Source: Botryllus schlosseri
Lineage: Eukaryota
Direction of reading: 5' to 3'
NCBI GenBank assembly: GCA_051294905.1
Contig: CM119383.1
Location: 7,440,001-7,504,000, forward strand
Length of the DNA stretch: 64,000 bases
Shown here: in pieces, positions 12,318 through 25,935 of the stretch
Layout: the number at the start of each line of letters is the position of its first letter
Position numbering within the stretch: the stretch's first letter is position 1
Translations under genes and position numbers: made by a program
The notes under the pieces: model-generated
Seen by the model: only the letters and a program-made list of their open reading frames with translations
What the model was told of the DNA's origin: nothing
Database searches by the model: none

Positions 12318-12823
12318 TAGAGGTCGACCGATTATCGAGGCCGATATTTAGAGCTTTCCGATTATCGATATCGGCCTATGAAGGCCGATATTTTGTAGAT
12401 AAAAAAAGTTCCAAAATATTGGGAATTCAATACTCTGTGTTCTCAATCTCAAGAAATCGACGATACGTGATAGATTTACCCTTGCGGGACGAGTTTGACT
12501 TGGTGAGCATGCACAGCAACCATCTTCCTGCATTACAATCTACCTCTACTGGACTGGTCTGCCATTCTGTATCATGTTTTGCTTTTTGAGTTATCCCAAA
12601 TTTCAACGAATTTGCACAATTAAGCAATAATTTCAGTTTTCTTGTTTGTTGTTCAGCTTTCTGTGGCATGAACAAGTGCCATCTTGCCTAATATATATTA
12701 TTTTTGGCGAAATTGTTCTCTGCTCCTTCCATATTAATATCGGCCTATGATATCGGTTATCGGCCTTGTCAGTGTGCCAATATATCGGTATCGGCCTGCA
12801 AAAATCATATCGGTCGACCTCTA
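12318..12823. mobile_element. MITE (hAT-like) with atatcggc repeats
   Basis: TIR tagaggtcgaccgat / atcggtcgacctcta; duplicated aacatat flanks (7-8 bp). Confidence 0.8.
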
Positions 12824-13503
12824 AACATATAGCGAGAAAAGAGAGCATCAAAGATTGCGAGTCACAAATGGATGTTCTGTGATGTCGTGGTTTTGGAGAA
12901 CGGCCTGACGTCAGTGTAGTTCCGATGAATAACATTGTCCAGCAGTGTTGCCGATGGTCATCCTTATCATTTTTAAAGCTTATCATTTTCAAAGGGTATT
13001 GACTTGATGACATGACGCTATTCTTAGGTTTCCCAATTATGTGTGCAAGAAATTTGGCTCGTTAGTGATCATTGATCAAGGGATGACGAGAGGTGTGATT
13101 GGTGACCCTTTCGAATATTGCCTCCATGAACCATTTTTTGCAAAAATTATCCGTTGCTAACATCCGATGTGGTCCTTCGATTTTCCATTAGAGACCATAT
13201 GCTGTGTTGGGCGACTTCGACTTCATATGACGAAATTACAACCGCACTTTTCATTATTTCACGAGATTTGCTGTATGAGCCTGGTACAAAGGAAGAATAC
13301 ACACATTTGAAACTTTTTATTTTGGTTGATGCACATTCGAATACTATTACCGCTCGGATAAATGTAAGCCACAAAGAAACGGATATGGACAAAGTTTACA
13401 ATGTTTTCCGCTACAATTTTAGAAGCATACCCCGGGCACTCTCCGAAAAATGTACAAATAGACAAAACGAAATAAATAAAATATAGACTTCTTTAAAAAG
13501 TTA

Positions 13504-16500
13504 TTACGATCCCTCTTCAGTGTCTTGTTGTTGCAACTTGGTAGCCGAGTCCAGCTTAGCAATCCTGCGCCGACGCAATTCATTCGCATCGTCAGGCTCG
13601 ACCTCGGCCCCTGCAATAGAAGCAGAGGTTTTGCATGCTGTTGATGTTCACCGAGTTCAGGGACTACAATGATAACATAACGTCTTCAGAGCGAGTGCAA
13701 ATGTCAACATTTCAAATCGCAGCGAATAATGCGCACACACAATGGTTGCATGTGTTATCAAGTTGAAAAGTACGGCCGATTGTGTGATTGAATCGGGCAA
13801 GTGGGTGAAGAGTTTTTCCCCACTGGGTTGCCATTAATTGAACCCACTCGGAGAAGATTAAAACGATGGGTATATACGAGCGGTCATCCTAAAAGAAATT
13901 CGAATCGAACATTGCGAAGTCACTCACAGTAAATACTTAATCCCGTCTCAATATCTATGTGACAAGATTCGGCGATAAGTATTTCAAACAACAATTCACT
14001 TACTGGCGTCAGGCGCGTTCGCGGAACTCGTAGAAGGTACATCGGCTTCTATAACAGGTTCAGACACTGTTGTTGTGGATTGAGCACTTGTGCTGGGAAT
14101 CACAGTATCTGCGGCAGTTGACGAACTTGACGGAGGTGCGCTTGTGTTAGAGTTTGCAGCCGTCGGTGTAGTCGCGTTAAAGGGAGGTGGAATATGAAAC
14201 CTAAACAAACAGCACATAAAATCAGCCTAGAATTTTCAGATGGAGGAGCAATAATACTCAAATCTTATTTCAGTGACTAACAACATTGCTAAATAATGAT
14301 ATTGAGCAAGCAAATTGTCAACAGCCTCTGAAGTCTCTCAATCGCAGAGATGGTGAAAATAGTCTCATGATAGTGATGTGAATCTATCAAAATACTACTC
14401 TCTACTGACAAAATATAAAACACGGAATAATATACATAGACTTCACCACTCCAGCAAGTAGTAGAGTACATGAGATGCATTTGAGTATTTTGCAAAAATA
14501 GCAGTATTACGTTACTGACCAACTCTGCTCAATATGACAATGCTAGTCATCTCATCAGAATACTCCCTACTAGCCCCCAAAATACTCGAGAGAATCAGAA
14601 CATTTGATGAGGACATACCCTGGTAAACCCTGCCCTCTCGCTACAGTTACGTATTGCGTGATTTGTATCATGGCAGCATCAAGCAACGCATTGATGTTCG
14701 ATAGGCATTCCAGTCTCTGTTCAATATTCCTCCTCTGCATCCCTTCCATAGCCAGCAATTGTTCTTCAGACATACCGCTGCAAAAAATATTATATATCGT
14801 AATTCCCCATGTCCATTGCATTACCTCAATAAAATTACCCGTAGTTCGGCGGCGGCATCGGTGGGGGTGGCATGAACGGGGGAGGCATCATCATGGGCGG
14901 GGGTGGCATAACAAATGCCGGGGCTGCGCCGGCAGGTGTACTGGCAGACGTCGGTGCACTGGTAGACGTTCGATTATCTTAACATAGAACATTCTTTGCT
15001 CTTACATCATTTCCATTGACACGATTATCAATCAAGTGGCCACTCGGCAGGCCTATTTCGTAACTGCATACATTAATACATACATATCAAGTGCCGCATA
15101 TCACAACGTTCAATCTCATAGCTAATTCAGTGAAACATTCATTTTAAAATTTATTAACGCAATATTGATGCATCGGCTTCATATACCATTTGAAAAATTT
15201 CTAATACAAAATTCACTTCTCTGATAGCATATTCATTACCAATAAATTCGGCACCTGTGGGCCCTAATCCTAATACAAATACATTATTGCATACCACGTG
15301 GCATGTATCAGGTATCAGAATTCACGCTCATATTCAGTGAAACATTTAATTAATAATAATACAATATTGTTGCATCGCCTTCAAAATAACAAGAACTGTT
15401 CAAAATTAAAATCACTCACCCGATCCAGATGGCGGGGGAGGAGGTGGCGGTTGGTGAGGGTTTTGAGCTCCCGGCGGGAGGAACATCCCCGGAAACATGC
15501 CGGGATTGAACATTCCAACTGAAAAGTCAAAAGTTCAGCACAATTTCAAGGCGGTACACATTCGAAAAGTGACGACGACGCTTACATGGATTCTGTCCCG
15601 GCTGAGGTGGCATGGCAGCCTGTGGGTTGGGAGGTACGGGCGGAGTCTGGAAATATAAGTTCGACTTTTAACGATGTTTGATATTTTGCAATCATGCCTT
15701 AATCAAGCAGATTGATTATGCGCTAGATTTAATTTCAAAATTCAACAATGCATCACCAACGGTGTCCGGTCAATACCGAGAATGCTATTACCGAGAAGGA
15801 CAATACCGAGAATGGACATTACCGAGAATGCAATGTATGCAATGCAGGTATGTTATGCATATGAACAGGTCGTGTGTGTGCATTACGACGTTGCCACAGT
15901 CGGTATCGATTCTCAGGTATAAAATTCTCAACAACGTCCGTTACATTAAGCTAGATCAGTGGTTCCCAACCTTTTTCGACCCATCGCCCCCTTTTCAAGG
16001 TCAACACCGATCATCGCCCCCCAAATTTTGTGCACCGATAATTGGGCATACAGACTGTAATAACCGGCGGGTTGACTAAAAAAAAAAAAAAGGTCATCTT
16101 TCCCCGCTCAGAGCTGAAAATAACGATTTTTCGCTCCACATTGCTAGGCGGATAACTAAAAAAAAAAAAAAAAAAAGGTCAGCCGTTTTTACGCGTCATC
16201 GCCCCCCTATCGCCCCCTTCGCTATTTTCGCCCCCTTTGTTCATTTTCGCCCCCCTGTCGCCCCCTTCGTCATTTTCGCCCCCCTAGATCGCCAAATCAC
16301 CCCCTGGGGGGCGATATCGCCCACGTTGGGAACCACTGAGCTAGATTCTAGGCCAGGGGTGGGCAAACTTTTGAGCTCGCGGGCCGCATTCAACATATGA
16401 ATCCATTCGCGGGCCGCACTATATAAAATTGAGATTACAAACCAAAACGCAATATTGGTGTTTGATTATATAGTGAGGACATGGAGATAATATATGTGCC

Positions 16501-19500
16501 TATTAAAAACAAAACAAAGATTGCTTTGATGATATCGTGCACACGTCAGAAACAGTGGCTAGATTTCATAGGCTGGCCGACCTCAATAACCAATTTGTCA
16601 AAACTATAGAGATGAAAGTCGGTGAAATTTAAATCTGTGAAGAGCAATCTGTTCATAGATTTAGTAATTCCGCTTTTGGTTCAGTTCCAGGCCACACAAT
16701 GCTGACGGCATCATAACCACGGTATAGCTTCAAACACGCTTCTACTATATGTGTAGATAAAATATAAATACCCTAATTCTACGCATACAGAGAACGAATC
16801 GACCTAATTAAGACACGCGCGAACCATTTTTTATAAGCACATCACTGAAATGATTAAAACTGGAGTGGCCAATCTGAAATCACACTCGTGAGTCGTGATC
16901 CGAATTATGTCAATGTCGTTTAGGATTTCTATGATGTTTAGCAGTTGAAACCCTTCAAACTTCGTGGGCCTTGAGATCGGGCTGTCGCGCAAGAAATTAA
17001 ATATAAGAAATAATATAGCAAGTATTTAACTAAGAACAGTGGTTATTTTTAAGACACGCCCCCCTTATGATGGTGAAAGATTTCGCGCCCCACTTATCGT
17101 CATATCACAAAACGGGATACACCCGGATGCTAGCAAACATAGCCGATAGTTTTATGGCATGGAAGGTTACGACTGATTTTGAAATTTGAGATTTTGAAAT
17201 ATGAAATTCAGACTAAATACAGAGCAATAACTATGAATTGGATGTAAATCGCGCGAAGCGCGAAAAAATTTCAGTTGAGCTCAGCTTCGCGACCCCCTTC
17301 AGATGTTTTCACTCCGCGCCCACCCCAGTTTGAGAACCATGCACTGCCTTAGAATTATCATGGTGAAGTATACTAAAAAAAATTAATCACGTCCCTGCAT
17401 TAATTCGGTTTTTAGTACGCTTCTTATCAATATTTTTAATAAGTTTCTTCAGACTCTCGAACGGTGTTGCGGGCCGCATGCGGCCCGCGGGCCGTAGTTT
17501 GCCCACCCCTGTTCTAGGCATTGGGCATTCTCGGTAATGTCCATTCTCGGTAATAGCATTCTTGGTAAAGTCCATCTCGGTAATAGCATTCTTGGTAATA
17601 GTATGGAACCATCACCAACCCTGTCGGAGTAAGAACCTTACAAGTACCAGAAATCATAGTTGGTACCCAGTAGTCAAATACACAAGCCCAAGTAGCCCAA
17701 ACCTACTTGAGTAGCCTAATCTAAAAAAGTCTGAAGTTGTCAAAGTAATCATCGTTGGTAGAAGTACTAAGTTAATTCCTGTTCAAGTAGAATGAGCAAT
17801 TTACAAGTAAAAAAGAAATTATACTAGCTTTCAACTTTGGAAATACTCTAAAATCATAACAATTGGAGTAAGTAGTGCAAGCAGGCAACATCGGCTTGCT
17901 TACTCCAAAAAAGTAGAAGTGCTTCGATACAGACCCCTACCTCTGCTCGGTTCTCAGTCAGACATGCCAATGTCGAAGGTACCAAGGCGACATATTTCCC
18001 ATTCCAGTAATACCTACCGGGGCAGCAGCTGGAGCATTGACCAAGACGTCCAATCGGCAAGTTGGACAAGTCTGCTGACGTTGAAACCACGACCGCAAAC
18101 AAGACGCATGAAAAATATGACCACAAGGCAGCTTCTTATTCACACCTGTGGAAAATAAGACAAAATCGTGTCATACTTCGGTTAGCATTGAGCACAGTCG
18201 TTGAAATTTACCAGTGAGAGTCGGCCTGCCACCGGGTTGCGCAGCAGGCTGTGGATGCACCATTTCCTCTCTGCATATAATGCATGTGCTGTCCCCAGAA
18301 GCCAGTTCCTCTTCAGTCGCGTCTGGGTAGCTGCGATGCAAATAACATTCAACACCTGTTGGATGCTTAAAACCAAAGTCTGGCATGCTCACAGGGTGTT
18401 CATGTTGCTAATTGCTCTTCTCGAAAGAACAATGTCCGTAAATGCTTTCTTGAACTGGCGCATGGTCAAATACAGCGGCCGGATGGCAAAGAGTGGAAAA
18501 GTGTGCATCTTGATCATTATCGCGGTGAAGCAAGTGTACAATATGACTCTGACAAAACCTGAAATTCGGATATTCGTGTCGACACAAATACTAGAAACCA
18601 AATTTCCTGTTTTTTTTAATTTGTAAAATAAAATATAATTTTGATTTCACATATAGGCCAATGATCACGACTCACAGGACCAAAAATCATAATGCTCTCA
18701 AGTAGCCTAGCACAAATACACAATATCTACTTGCACTTTCTACTATTGATAATAATAATGTTGATTAGCAATATTTTACGGCCTAGCAAAAAATATAATT
18801 TCACTACTAACCCGTAACCAGTTCCACATACAGCATATAAACGGCTTTGTTTTCCCAAGGATTTTCGCTTTGTAGGTCAATCGAATGCAAGACATATTTC
18901 ATTGCGATGGTAAGAATAACAGTCAACAGAATCGCATACTATAGCAGAAATGGATCGGAATCAGTCAAGCCGGAATCTTGCAGTCGATAAATTCAACATA
19001 CCTCAAATCCAAAAACTAATTGCACAGAAGCACCTTTGCTCGCGGTTTCGTATGAAGAATTCACGAAAAACGCATCAAGAATTGAAAGCAAAGCTAACAG
19101 GGCTGTAAATTAAGTAATGTATAAGAGCAGATTTGTAGCGAAACAACACCTGGGGCAGGGGCGGGCAACTTCTCCAGTCGGCGGGCCGGATGTAGGAAAA
19201 TTAAGTACTTGGTGGGCCAGATTGCTGAATCGCTACATTATTCGCCCGTTTATCCAAGGAACAAACCGTATGTAATGAATGTATTTTAACGACAGCAATG
19301 TCACTTCAAAGCCATTTCTCGCCGACAATAACGAACACAATGTGGATTTGAAAATAGCATTGTCATACAGGCGCCGGCGTGTCTGCTTCTATCTGATCAA
19401 TCAACACACGGTGCAATCCTTAATTAGGATTTCAATGCGTTCTATAAGCCCGGTAGTCCAAATTTACCAAGATTGATTACCAAGATTTACCAAGATTCAT

Positions 19501-21373
19501 TAAGCTTGAGTAGGTGACGAGATAGCGTCGTTGTTCAACTGTATGGCCTAATAATCTCGATATTGAATGCATGCCCGCGTCCTCTACGAAATTTGAAAAG
19601 TGGCCCGCGACCCGTTTTGAGTATAAGCGGTGTCATATAAAAGTCTATACAAGTGTGCCGTGCTACAAGTCGGCGGTCACGGAATCAAAGATAAGAAATA
19701 TCAGCCTGGTGTAAATGGCCATTGTAGTCGACAAACACCATGATCACCACAAATGACATTAGGGTTGAGTACATCGTAAATATCAATAACGCAAGTTGTT
19801 TGTGATATTTGTCGACTACTATGGTCATTTACACCAGCAAGATATTCATTTTTTTTATTCCTCATCCAACGACTTGTAGCACGGCCCACTTCTAGGCTTT
19901 TTTTAAGACACCGCCGATGAGATGGCGAGGAGGGGCCTAGTTAAAACCTCCAACACTTAAGTCGGAATTCTGGAGTCGACCTCGGCCGGACTCGAACCCA
20001 CAACCCATTGGTGTTGTAGTAGTGGATTATACCACTACGCTATTTCGCCACAGATAATGCAAGTCTTCTCTCTTCGACGAACCTACGCGTAAGCTCTGCT
20101 CACGCACGCTGCGCATTCACGTATATAACAACATACAGTCACTAAAATTTGACATACTAAGCAAGTAGTGGGGAATCTAGGCAGACTGGGGCCGCGGTCA
20201 CATTATCATGTAAGACAGAAAACTGTCCGCGGGCCGGACAAAATCCCTTCGCGGGCCGTATGTTGCCCACCACTGACCTAGGGAGTAGGCAGGCTACTAG
20301 TCGATTCAAGCAAGCCGGCTAAGATTATCAGTAACCTCCCTCAGATAATTTAAGATTACCAAGAGCATCTTGGGAAGGAATGTGTATAAAAAGAGCTCAG
20401 ATTGCACTGTGGCTAAACCCCGCCACAAGGCAACTAAATACTAAAAGCATCTATCTTGATCGTTCAAAGTTACACATTATATACATCATAAATAATTCCT
20501 AGAAATAGTAGATGAATATCAATGTTAAGATGAGTCTGAGTAAACCAAGATCACGACTAAAAAGATCATACTTACACACAGCCCTGACTTTGAATAACAA
20601 ACTGATAACGGGACTTCTTTCCATCTATAAAAAGTTTGAATTCCAAATTAACCAGTTACCCCCTTCAAACGAAGCATTGAACTCTAACTTACATAATCCA
20701 CGCGGTCTTCCGCCAACCAATGAAAGCATTTCAAAAAGAGAAGAAATGTAAATGACGCAACGAAACGGGGACTGAAATCGTCTCTGAACATTGTGAATGC
20801 AAGGCAAGTGTCTGTAACCGCGTACCACGATCGTTCAATAAGATGCTGAAAATCAAAATGGAGATTTAGCACGAATTAGAATGTTACTAGATGCATGAAA
20901 TGCTATGGCATTGATTGTATTGGCTCAATCTCAATCGATTTCATATCATGTTTTTAAATAATTTCAATCACAAGTCTTGAGATTTAGCATGAGTATCAAG
21001 AATACTTTTTCAATCCGATGTACTGTAGTAGATATAATTTCATCAGAAGCTAGATCGACAGTTAGTGCAGACGAATCTACTCACCTCTGTCTCAGCCGCT
21101 CGTAACTGACCAAAAAATATCTTTCTCATTAGCTTCCCAAGTAACAAAACAAAAACAAAAGCTTGAACATATAGCACCTGCAACGTAGAATCATATATCA
21201 CAAAAGGGCGTCCTAATTACATTTGTTACATTACTTACCGCCATGCATGGGCTCGACTTCGTGAGATAGACCACAGTAGGATAAAACTGTTTCTTCTGCG
21301 CCCATGCATTGCCTACAACCGCCACTGTAACGGCGAAACTGCCCAGTGTGAACAGAAATCCCCGCATTTTCAT
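13504..21373 (-). CDS. SYVN1: E3 ubiquitin ligase HRD1/synoviolin, 15 coding exons, ~610 aa
   Basis: Exons 21373-21239, 21177-21085, 20845-20693, 20624-20576, 19102-19002, 18938-18812, 18558-18393, 18330-18212, 18145-18018, 15646-15586, 15518-15420, 14977-14839, 14777-14619, 14200-14004, 13610-13504; all GT-AG and phase-consistent. Motifs [27 protein letters not shown]2 CIICREEM...[25 protein letters not shown], Pro-rich region, C-terminal [10 protein letters not shown]. Confidence 0.95.
15957..16338. mobile_element. hAT MITE with tcgcccc repeats
   Basis: TIR cagtggttcccaac; TSD agctagat at 15949-15956 and 16339-16346. Confidence 0.9.
16354..17511. mobile_element. Charlie-like hAT MITE
   Basis: TIR caggggtgggcaaact; TSD ttctaggc at 16346-16353 and 17512-17519. 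Confidence 0.9.
19156..20275. mobile_element. Charlie-like hAT element in an HRD1 intron
   Basis: TIR caggggcgggcaac / gttgcccaccactg; TSD acctgggg / acctaggg. 19290-19440 is homologous to 10150-10290 (transposase C-terminal remnant). Confidence 0.75.
19795..20050 (-). mobile_element. tRNA-derived SINE
   Basis: A box tagcgtagtgg, B box ggttcgagtcc; body shared with 52011-52270; a further 3' fragment on + at 19655-19745. Confidence 0.75.
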
Positions 21374-22226
21374 TCTCCAACACCGTCAGTCCGTAAAACA
21401 ACCGCCGCATACACGACTTCTGTAACACCTACGCTGACATATACAGTATTCGTTTACGAAGCCTCGCTTTCCAATATCGACTATTCCACTCAATGGAGCA
21501 AACGTATTCTGTAAATAACACGTCGCCCTGATAAATTGTTGAGTATACGGTCGTGCAACTAAAAGCAATCTCATATATCGCATGTATCATCACTTTTCAG
21601 GATCCCAGGGGCCCCCATTGATTCGTTTGAATGCAAAAATATTCCGTAAACTTCGGGATTTTAGTTTTCAAAGCATAATGAGAGCTCAACTAAGCTAAAT
21701 AAAGATGAGTTAAGGACTGCTGTAGTGACTCGAATGTCAGTAGAGAATCATTTTATTAGAATTTTCATCAAATCAAAACACCGCAAGATTGCGGTTGCAT
21801 TATTAGGATCGGCTCGATTTGACCTGCGGCCATGGCACTTAACTCGACCAAGTCATAAGACTTGAGATATTCTCTTGACTCTACGAAAGTCACATATTTT
21901 AATTACGCTTCTTCGGGTCACTCCTATGCTCTTCTGCCGCGGTTTTCATTCCGTTGCCTCTGCTTCCGTCGTAATAATTGTAGGGTTCCAGCATAATATG
22001 GAACATCCACGTACTTTGAACATGTTGGTACGGAATCAACTGGAAGCTTTGTTCCTCAAAGTACGCCGATTAGTAGTAAACTGTTTTTTGTTATCTGTTG
22101 AGAAGGATATGTTGTAACAGCGAATCTTTCGTTTATTCGTCCGCCTTATGGACATCAGCGCAAAATGCCTTAGAAATCGACGAAAATTGATTACGTATAT
22201 ATTTCCATCCACCGAAGTACATATAA

Positions 22227-22561
22227 TAGGCTTACCATACGTCCTCTTTTTTGACTTTTTTGAAAGTGTCCTCGGAGGACGGCCTTTTGTCCTCTTTTTG
22301 GGGATTTTGTCCTCTTTTTTGAAAATTTAGGTCAGATTTAGAGCAAATTGCGAGTGATATGCCGTAAATTAGTACAGAAGTGACGCACCGGAGGGTATTT
22401 CGGGGCGAAAAACGCTATATTGAGATGACCTTTTTTTTCTAGTCAACCGGTCACAAAGTGGGAAAAATTCACCGGTTTTTGAGAATTCTACTCCAGTTTT
22501 GCAAGTCTCAAATTTCTGAAAAAGTGTCCTCTTTTTAGATTTCCAAAATATGGTAAGCCTA
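22227..22561. mobile_element. hAT MITE with gtcctctttt repeats
   Basis: TIR taggcttaccata; TSD acatataa at 22219-22226 and 22562-22569. Confidence 0.9.
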
Positions 22562-22944
22562 ACATATAACAAACACAGCGTGATGACTAGACGTAGAAAT
22601 CGCAAGAGGGTATCTCCATCTGTCAACTGTTCAAATCAATAGTATAGATAACAAAAATGCAATCGATTTAAATTTATATATATATATAATTATATAGGTC
22701 TAGCTCTGTCTGCGTTCAGACTAAGAGAACTAGCACCGAGGTGATGGAAGTTTATCCATCGAAAATGATCAGGGAGATGTAGCCGAATAGGATATACATA
22801 TAAGCAAGGTACAGAAGGGAGGGCTCGATAAAACGGACCCATCAAAGCCACTACACTCGTGTATCTGATGATCGGTGCGATCTTGGAGGTCAACGAGTCT
22901 GATCACTGATCCCACCTGCATTTGATATGTGTCAAACTGTCTAT

Positions 22945-23429
22945 CAGTGATGAGCGGATAGTGCTTTTCGAGACTGCGAATCCCTCCGACAACTTTAGTG
23001 TCTGAGGAAAACTCCCTCCGACTCCGAAGAGCTCAATCCCAGACTCCGAGATACTCCGAAGAATCTCGTCGAGTATCCGAAACAGAGGCAAGCATGGTAC
23101 ATGGTATACATGGTACATGTGATAATAGGGTTGGCCTCATAGTCTTGTTTACTCTCCAGTCCCCAATTGCAGTGCAGATAGCTGATTTTTATGCACTTGG
23201 CAATCATTTTTGCATGTTACCCGTTATATTACAACTTTACAAGGTGTCAACTGTCTGTGTTTTGGTTTGTAATCATAATCAATAGTGTATTCTGGTCAGA
23301 GCTATCCAAATATATCGCAGACAGAAGTTACAATTCTCCGAAAGTATCCGCAAAAATATTTGTAGTAAACTCTGACTCCGCTCCGAATGTCACAAAATCG
23401 GCAAAACTCCGCTCCGATGCTCATCACTG
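22945..23429. mobile_element. hAT MITE with ctccga repeats (copy 1)
   Basis: TIR cagtgatgagc; TSD ctgtctat at 22937-22944 and 23430-23437; inverted homolog at 63591-64000. Confidence 0.9.
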
Positions 23430-25140
23430 CTGTCTATAGGAGTGGTTTCCAACCTGGGGGGTGTGAAAGCTCGGAAGGGGGCGCGAAGAAGCGGTCAACT
23501 GAAAAAAATTGGCGCTTTGCATCCAATTCACGTCTTTCTCTATAAACACCTAATTTCATATTTTTATAATTCTCTCGTCAAGTTTTAACCTTCCATGCCA
23601 TCACTATCATAAAGGGGGCGTGTCTAAGCTGAGTATACGCGCCCAATTTCTGCATTGAGAGCATACAATATAGGCAAGCCATCATCTTCAATCATCGGTC
23701 CAGCTCATCAATTGCAAGTGATCACACTATCAGTTTCGGAAAATTAGCATCCGCATAAAGATCGAACCGATAATTCATTCGAAAACTGACGAAGATGCTT
23801 CTAACATTTTTATTCACGCAAACTTTTGATCGCAGCTTGCCCTCGACTCCTACGGGACACCAGTTTAGTGCATAGGGCGTGAAAGCAGCTCTCGTTGCTC
23901 CTCAAGCAGAAGTCACCAGAGGTGGTCAAAGTTGCCACCGTCGCTACTCGAGTAGAAGTAACGCTGCAATTTCTACTCAAGTAGAAGTTCACAAGTACTC
24001 TACGATTATTTTTGCCTACAAAACTGAAAACTGTGAAGTAGAAGTAGTCTAATATCATAACTACTGAGAAGTAGTGTTAGTAGGAAAAATCTACTCCAAA
24101 AAGCAGTACTTCGTTACTGACCTCTGGAAGTCACTATGGTAAATTTCTACTCCAGAATGATTAGTTCTATGCTAGGACTGCCGTATCGCCTAAGTAATCA
24201 AAAGGGACCCGTCAATAACCACGCCTAACCATCGCCGAATTTTAAGCTCTTACTAGTTTCTCGCGGCATAGTCGTATACTAGTTTCTCGCGGCATAGTCG
24301 ATACGAGTAGTTGGCCTTCACTTTTTGTACGGTCACCTCACAACCAGTGACCGGCAACTACCAACAAGATATCTGAAGTAGCAGTGACAAGCACCCGTTA
24401 TATCTTATATGAACTATGCCCTCCCGCTCCCACACATCAATTTATTGCGACACATCTTATATCAAAAGGAATAATCAAACAGTAAACATGCATCAGACGC
24501 CAAGCCAAGATCTCGGAAGAACATAATGTTCCAAGTCAAACTTTGCAAATCGGGTGCCAATTGATATGTTAATGTGAATAAATACACTACCTAGATATGG
24601 ACGTGAAGGCTGAACTGCAACAATCCCATTGTTGCAAGTGCGATCCAGCTGCTCATCTGAAAATAGAATTCTAGGAAATTAGTTCAAGTTTAAGCCTAAC
24701 CCGACCCATGACATCGAGAAAACAGCCTGGCTGATTTCCTCATTTACAAACCACAACGGGAACTTTCTCAGGATACATCCCATTTAATGCAGTGCATTAC
24801 TTGCAACGCCACTTCGGTCTTCAGAAACCTGTTACGTTGGAAGAAGGTAATTTTGTGTTTAAATAATGATCCCCAATAATTTGATAAAATGCAAAGTTTG
24901 ACTTGGAAACGATACAAATGTACCGAAGCTGGCGCAGTCCACGTGGTCGCGGTGGCATCTGAAAAGTAAGTACAAGCAAAGCATATGTATACGAAAAATG
25001 TACATTGTACAAGTCTTAATTATACCTTGACAGCAAAAATACCAAGGCAACAGAATTTCTGCTCCGAATTTCAAAGCACATAGAAACAAAGGCAAATAAG
25101 TAATATTAACCGACCATAGCTGGGCCTTCCGTATTTCGAG

Positions 25141-25935
25141 TCATTGATGTTTTGAGGACGTGGCAGGATGCGAGCTGGAGAATGCATTACAATGCGGACA
25201 GAATTCAAATGAAACCCCGCCATTTTTTATATTCAGGCAAATACCATAGTCATTTTCTTTTCGCCTTGCTTTTGCTGCGGCTTCTTCGGAATCTGGGTTT
25301 CTTTTCCGTTTAGCACCAGACGAAGACGGGTTAACACACTTTATAGTTGGATCAACTGATATACCAGGAATTGACGTTACCGCTTCGAGTATTTTTGCCA
25401 GTTCACTCTGGTTTTGTAATACACCTTTCAAGTATTCAGCATCTTTAGATAATGATTCCACTGCTTTTTGCAAAGAGTCTATTTTTGATTTATATTCGAC
25501 GTTCTCTTCTCTCAGTTTTGTTACAGAGCTCTCCAAACCTTGAACATATTTCTTTTTTTTAATCCTGTTTTGCCTTGCCACGGCAGCACCTTTGGTCTCG
25601 ACATACTTGTATCGTTTTGTACTCCGAAAATAATGATCTCCGCCTTCACGAACGTTTTTCGCGGATTCAGCGGTCGCTTTACATGCGAGATTAGTCAACA
25701 ACATGGCCCCGGGATCGGAATCGATATCACAAATCAAATTCGGAGACATCAAATATTCCAGTCCATCTTCCGGGGATGCAGCGTCACTCAGAAGACTGTC
25801 AAATAGTTGAACTTCTCCATGTTCGCTCCCATCATACGACGATGTGGTTGCAGGCGACAACTCACCATCGTCAATTGTAGTCATTTCTGGAAAATCGACG
25901 TTGGATAGAAGGCTGAAATCGTCGAAGATATCCAT
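25141..25935 (-). CDS. CREBZF: CREBZF/Zhangfei-like bZIP transcription factor, single exon, 264 aa
   Basis: Atypical basic region TKGAAVARQNRIKKKKYVQGLES, leucine zipper, YLKGVLQN.SEL, and C-terminal GICLNIKNGGVSFEFCPHC matching the CREBZF G.CL.V....VS.EFC..C motif. Confidence 0.8.
   Translation of the reverse strand: MDIFDDFSLLSNVDFPEMTTIDDGELSPATTSSYDGSEHGEVQLFDSLLSDAASPEDGLEYLMSPNLICDIDSDPGAMLLTNLACKATAESAKNVREGGDHYFRSTKRYKYVETKGAAVARQNRIKKKKYVQGLESSVTKLREENVEYKSKIDSLQKAVESLSKDAEYLKGVLQNQSELAKILEAVTSIPGISVDPTIKCVNPSSSGAKRKRNPDSEEAAAKARRKENDYGICLNIKNGGVSFEFCPHCNAFSSSHPATSSKHQ

Larger units (their letters stand above)
15761..17610. mobile_element. Mutator-like (MULE) MITE in an HRD1 intron, hosting two hAT MITEs
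   Basis: 9-bp TSD atcaccaac at 15752-15760 and 17611-17619; TIRs made of taccgagaat repeats. A similar right end lies at ~1980-2075. Confidence 0.8.

Noticed and set aside
19960-20050. tRNA gene (A and B boxes), also at ~52011-52090
   Set aside because: No clean cloverleaf, and it continues into a shared ~200-bp body and tail, so it is a SINE.
25141-25935. Intronless CREBZF as another case of intron loss
   Set aside because: The vertebrate CREBZF coding region is also essentially single-exon, so this is probably ancestral.
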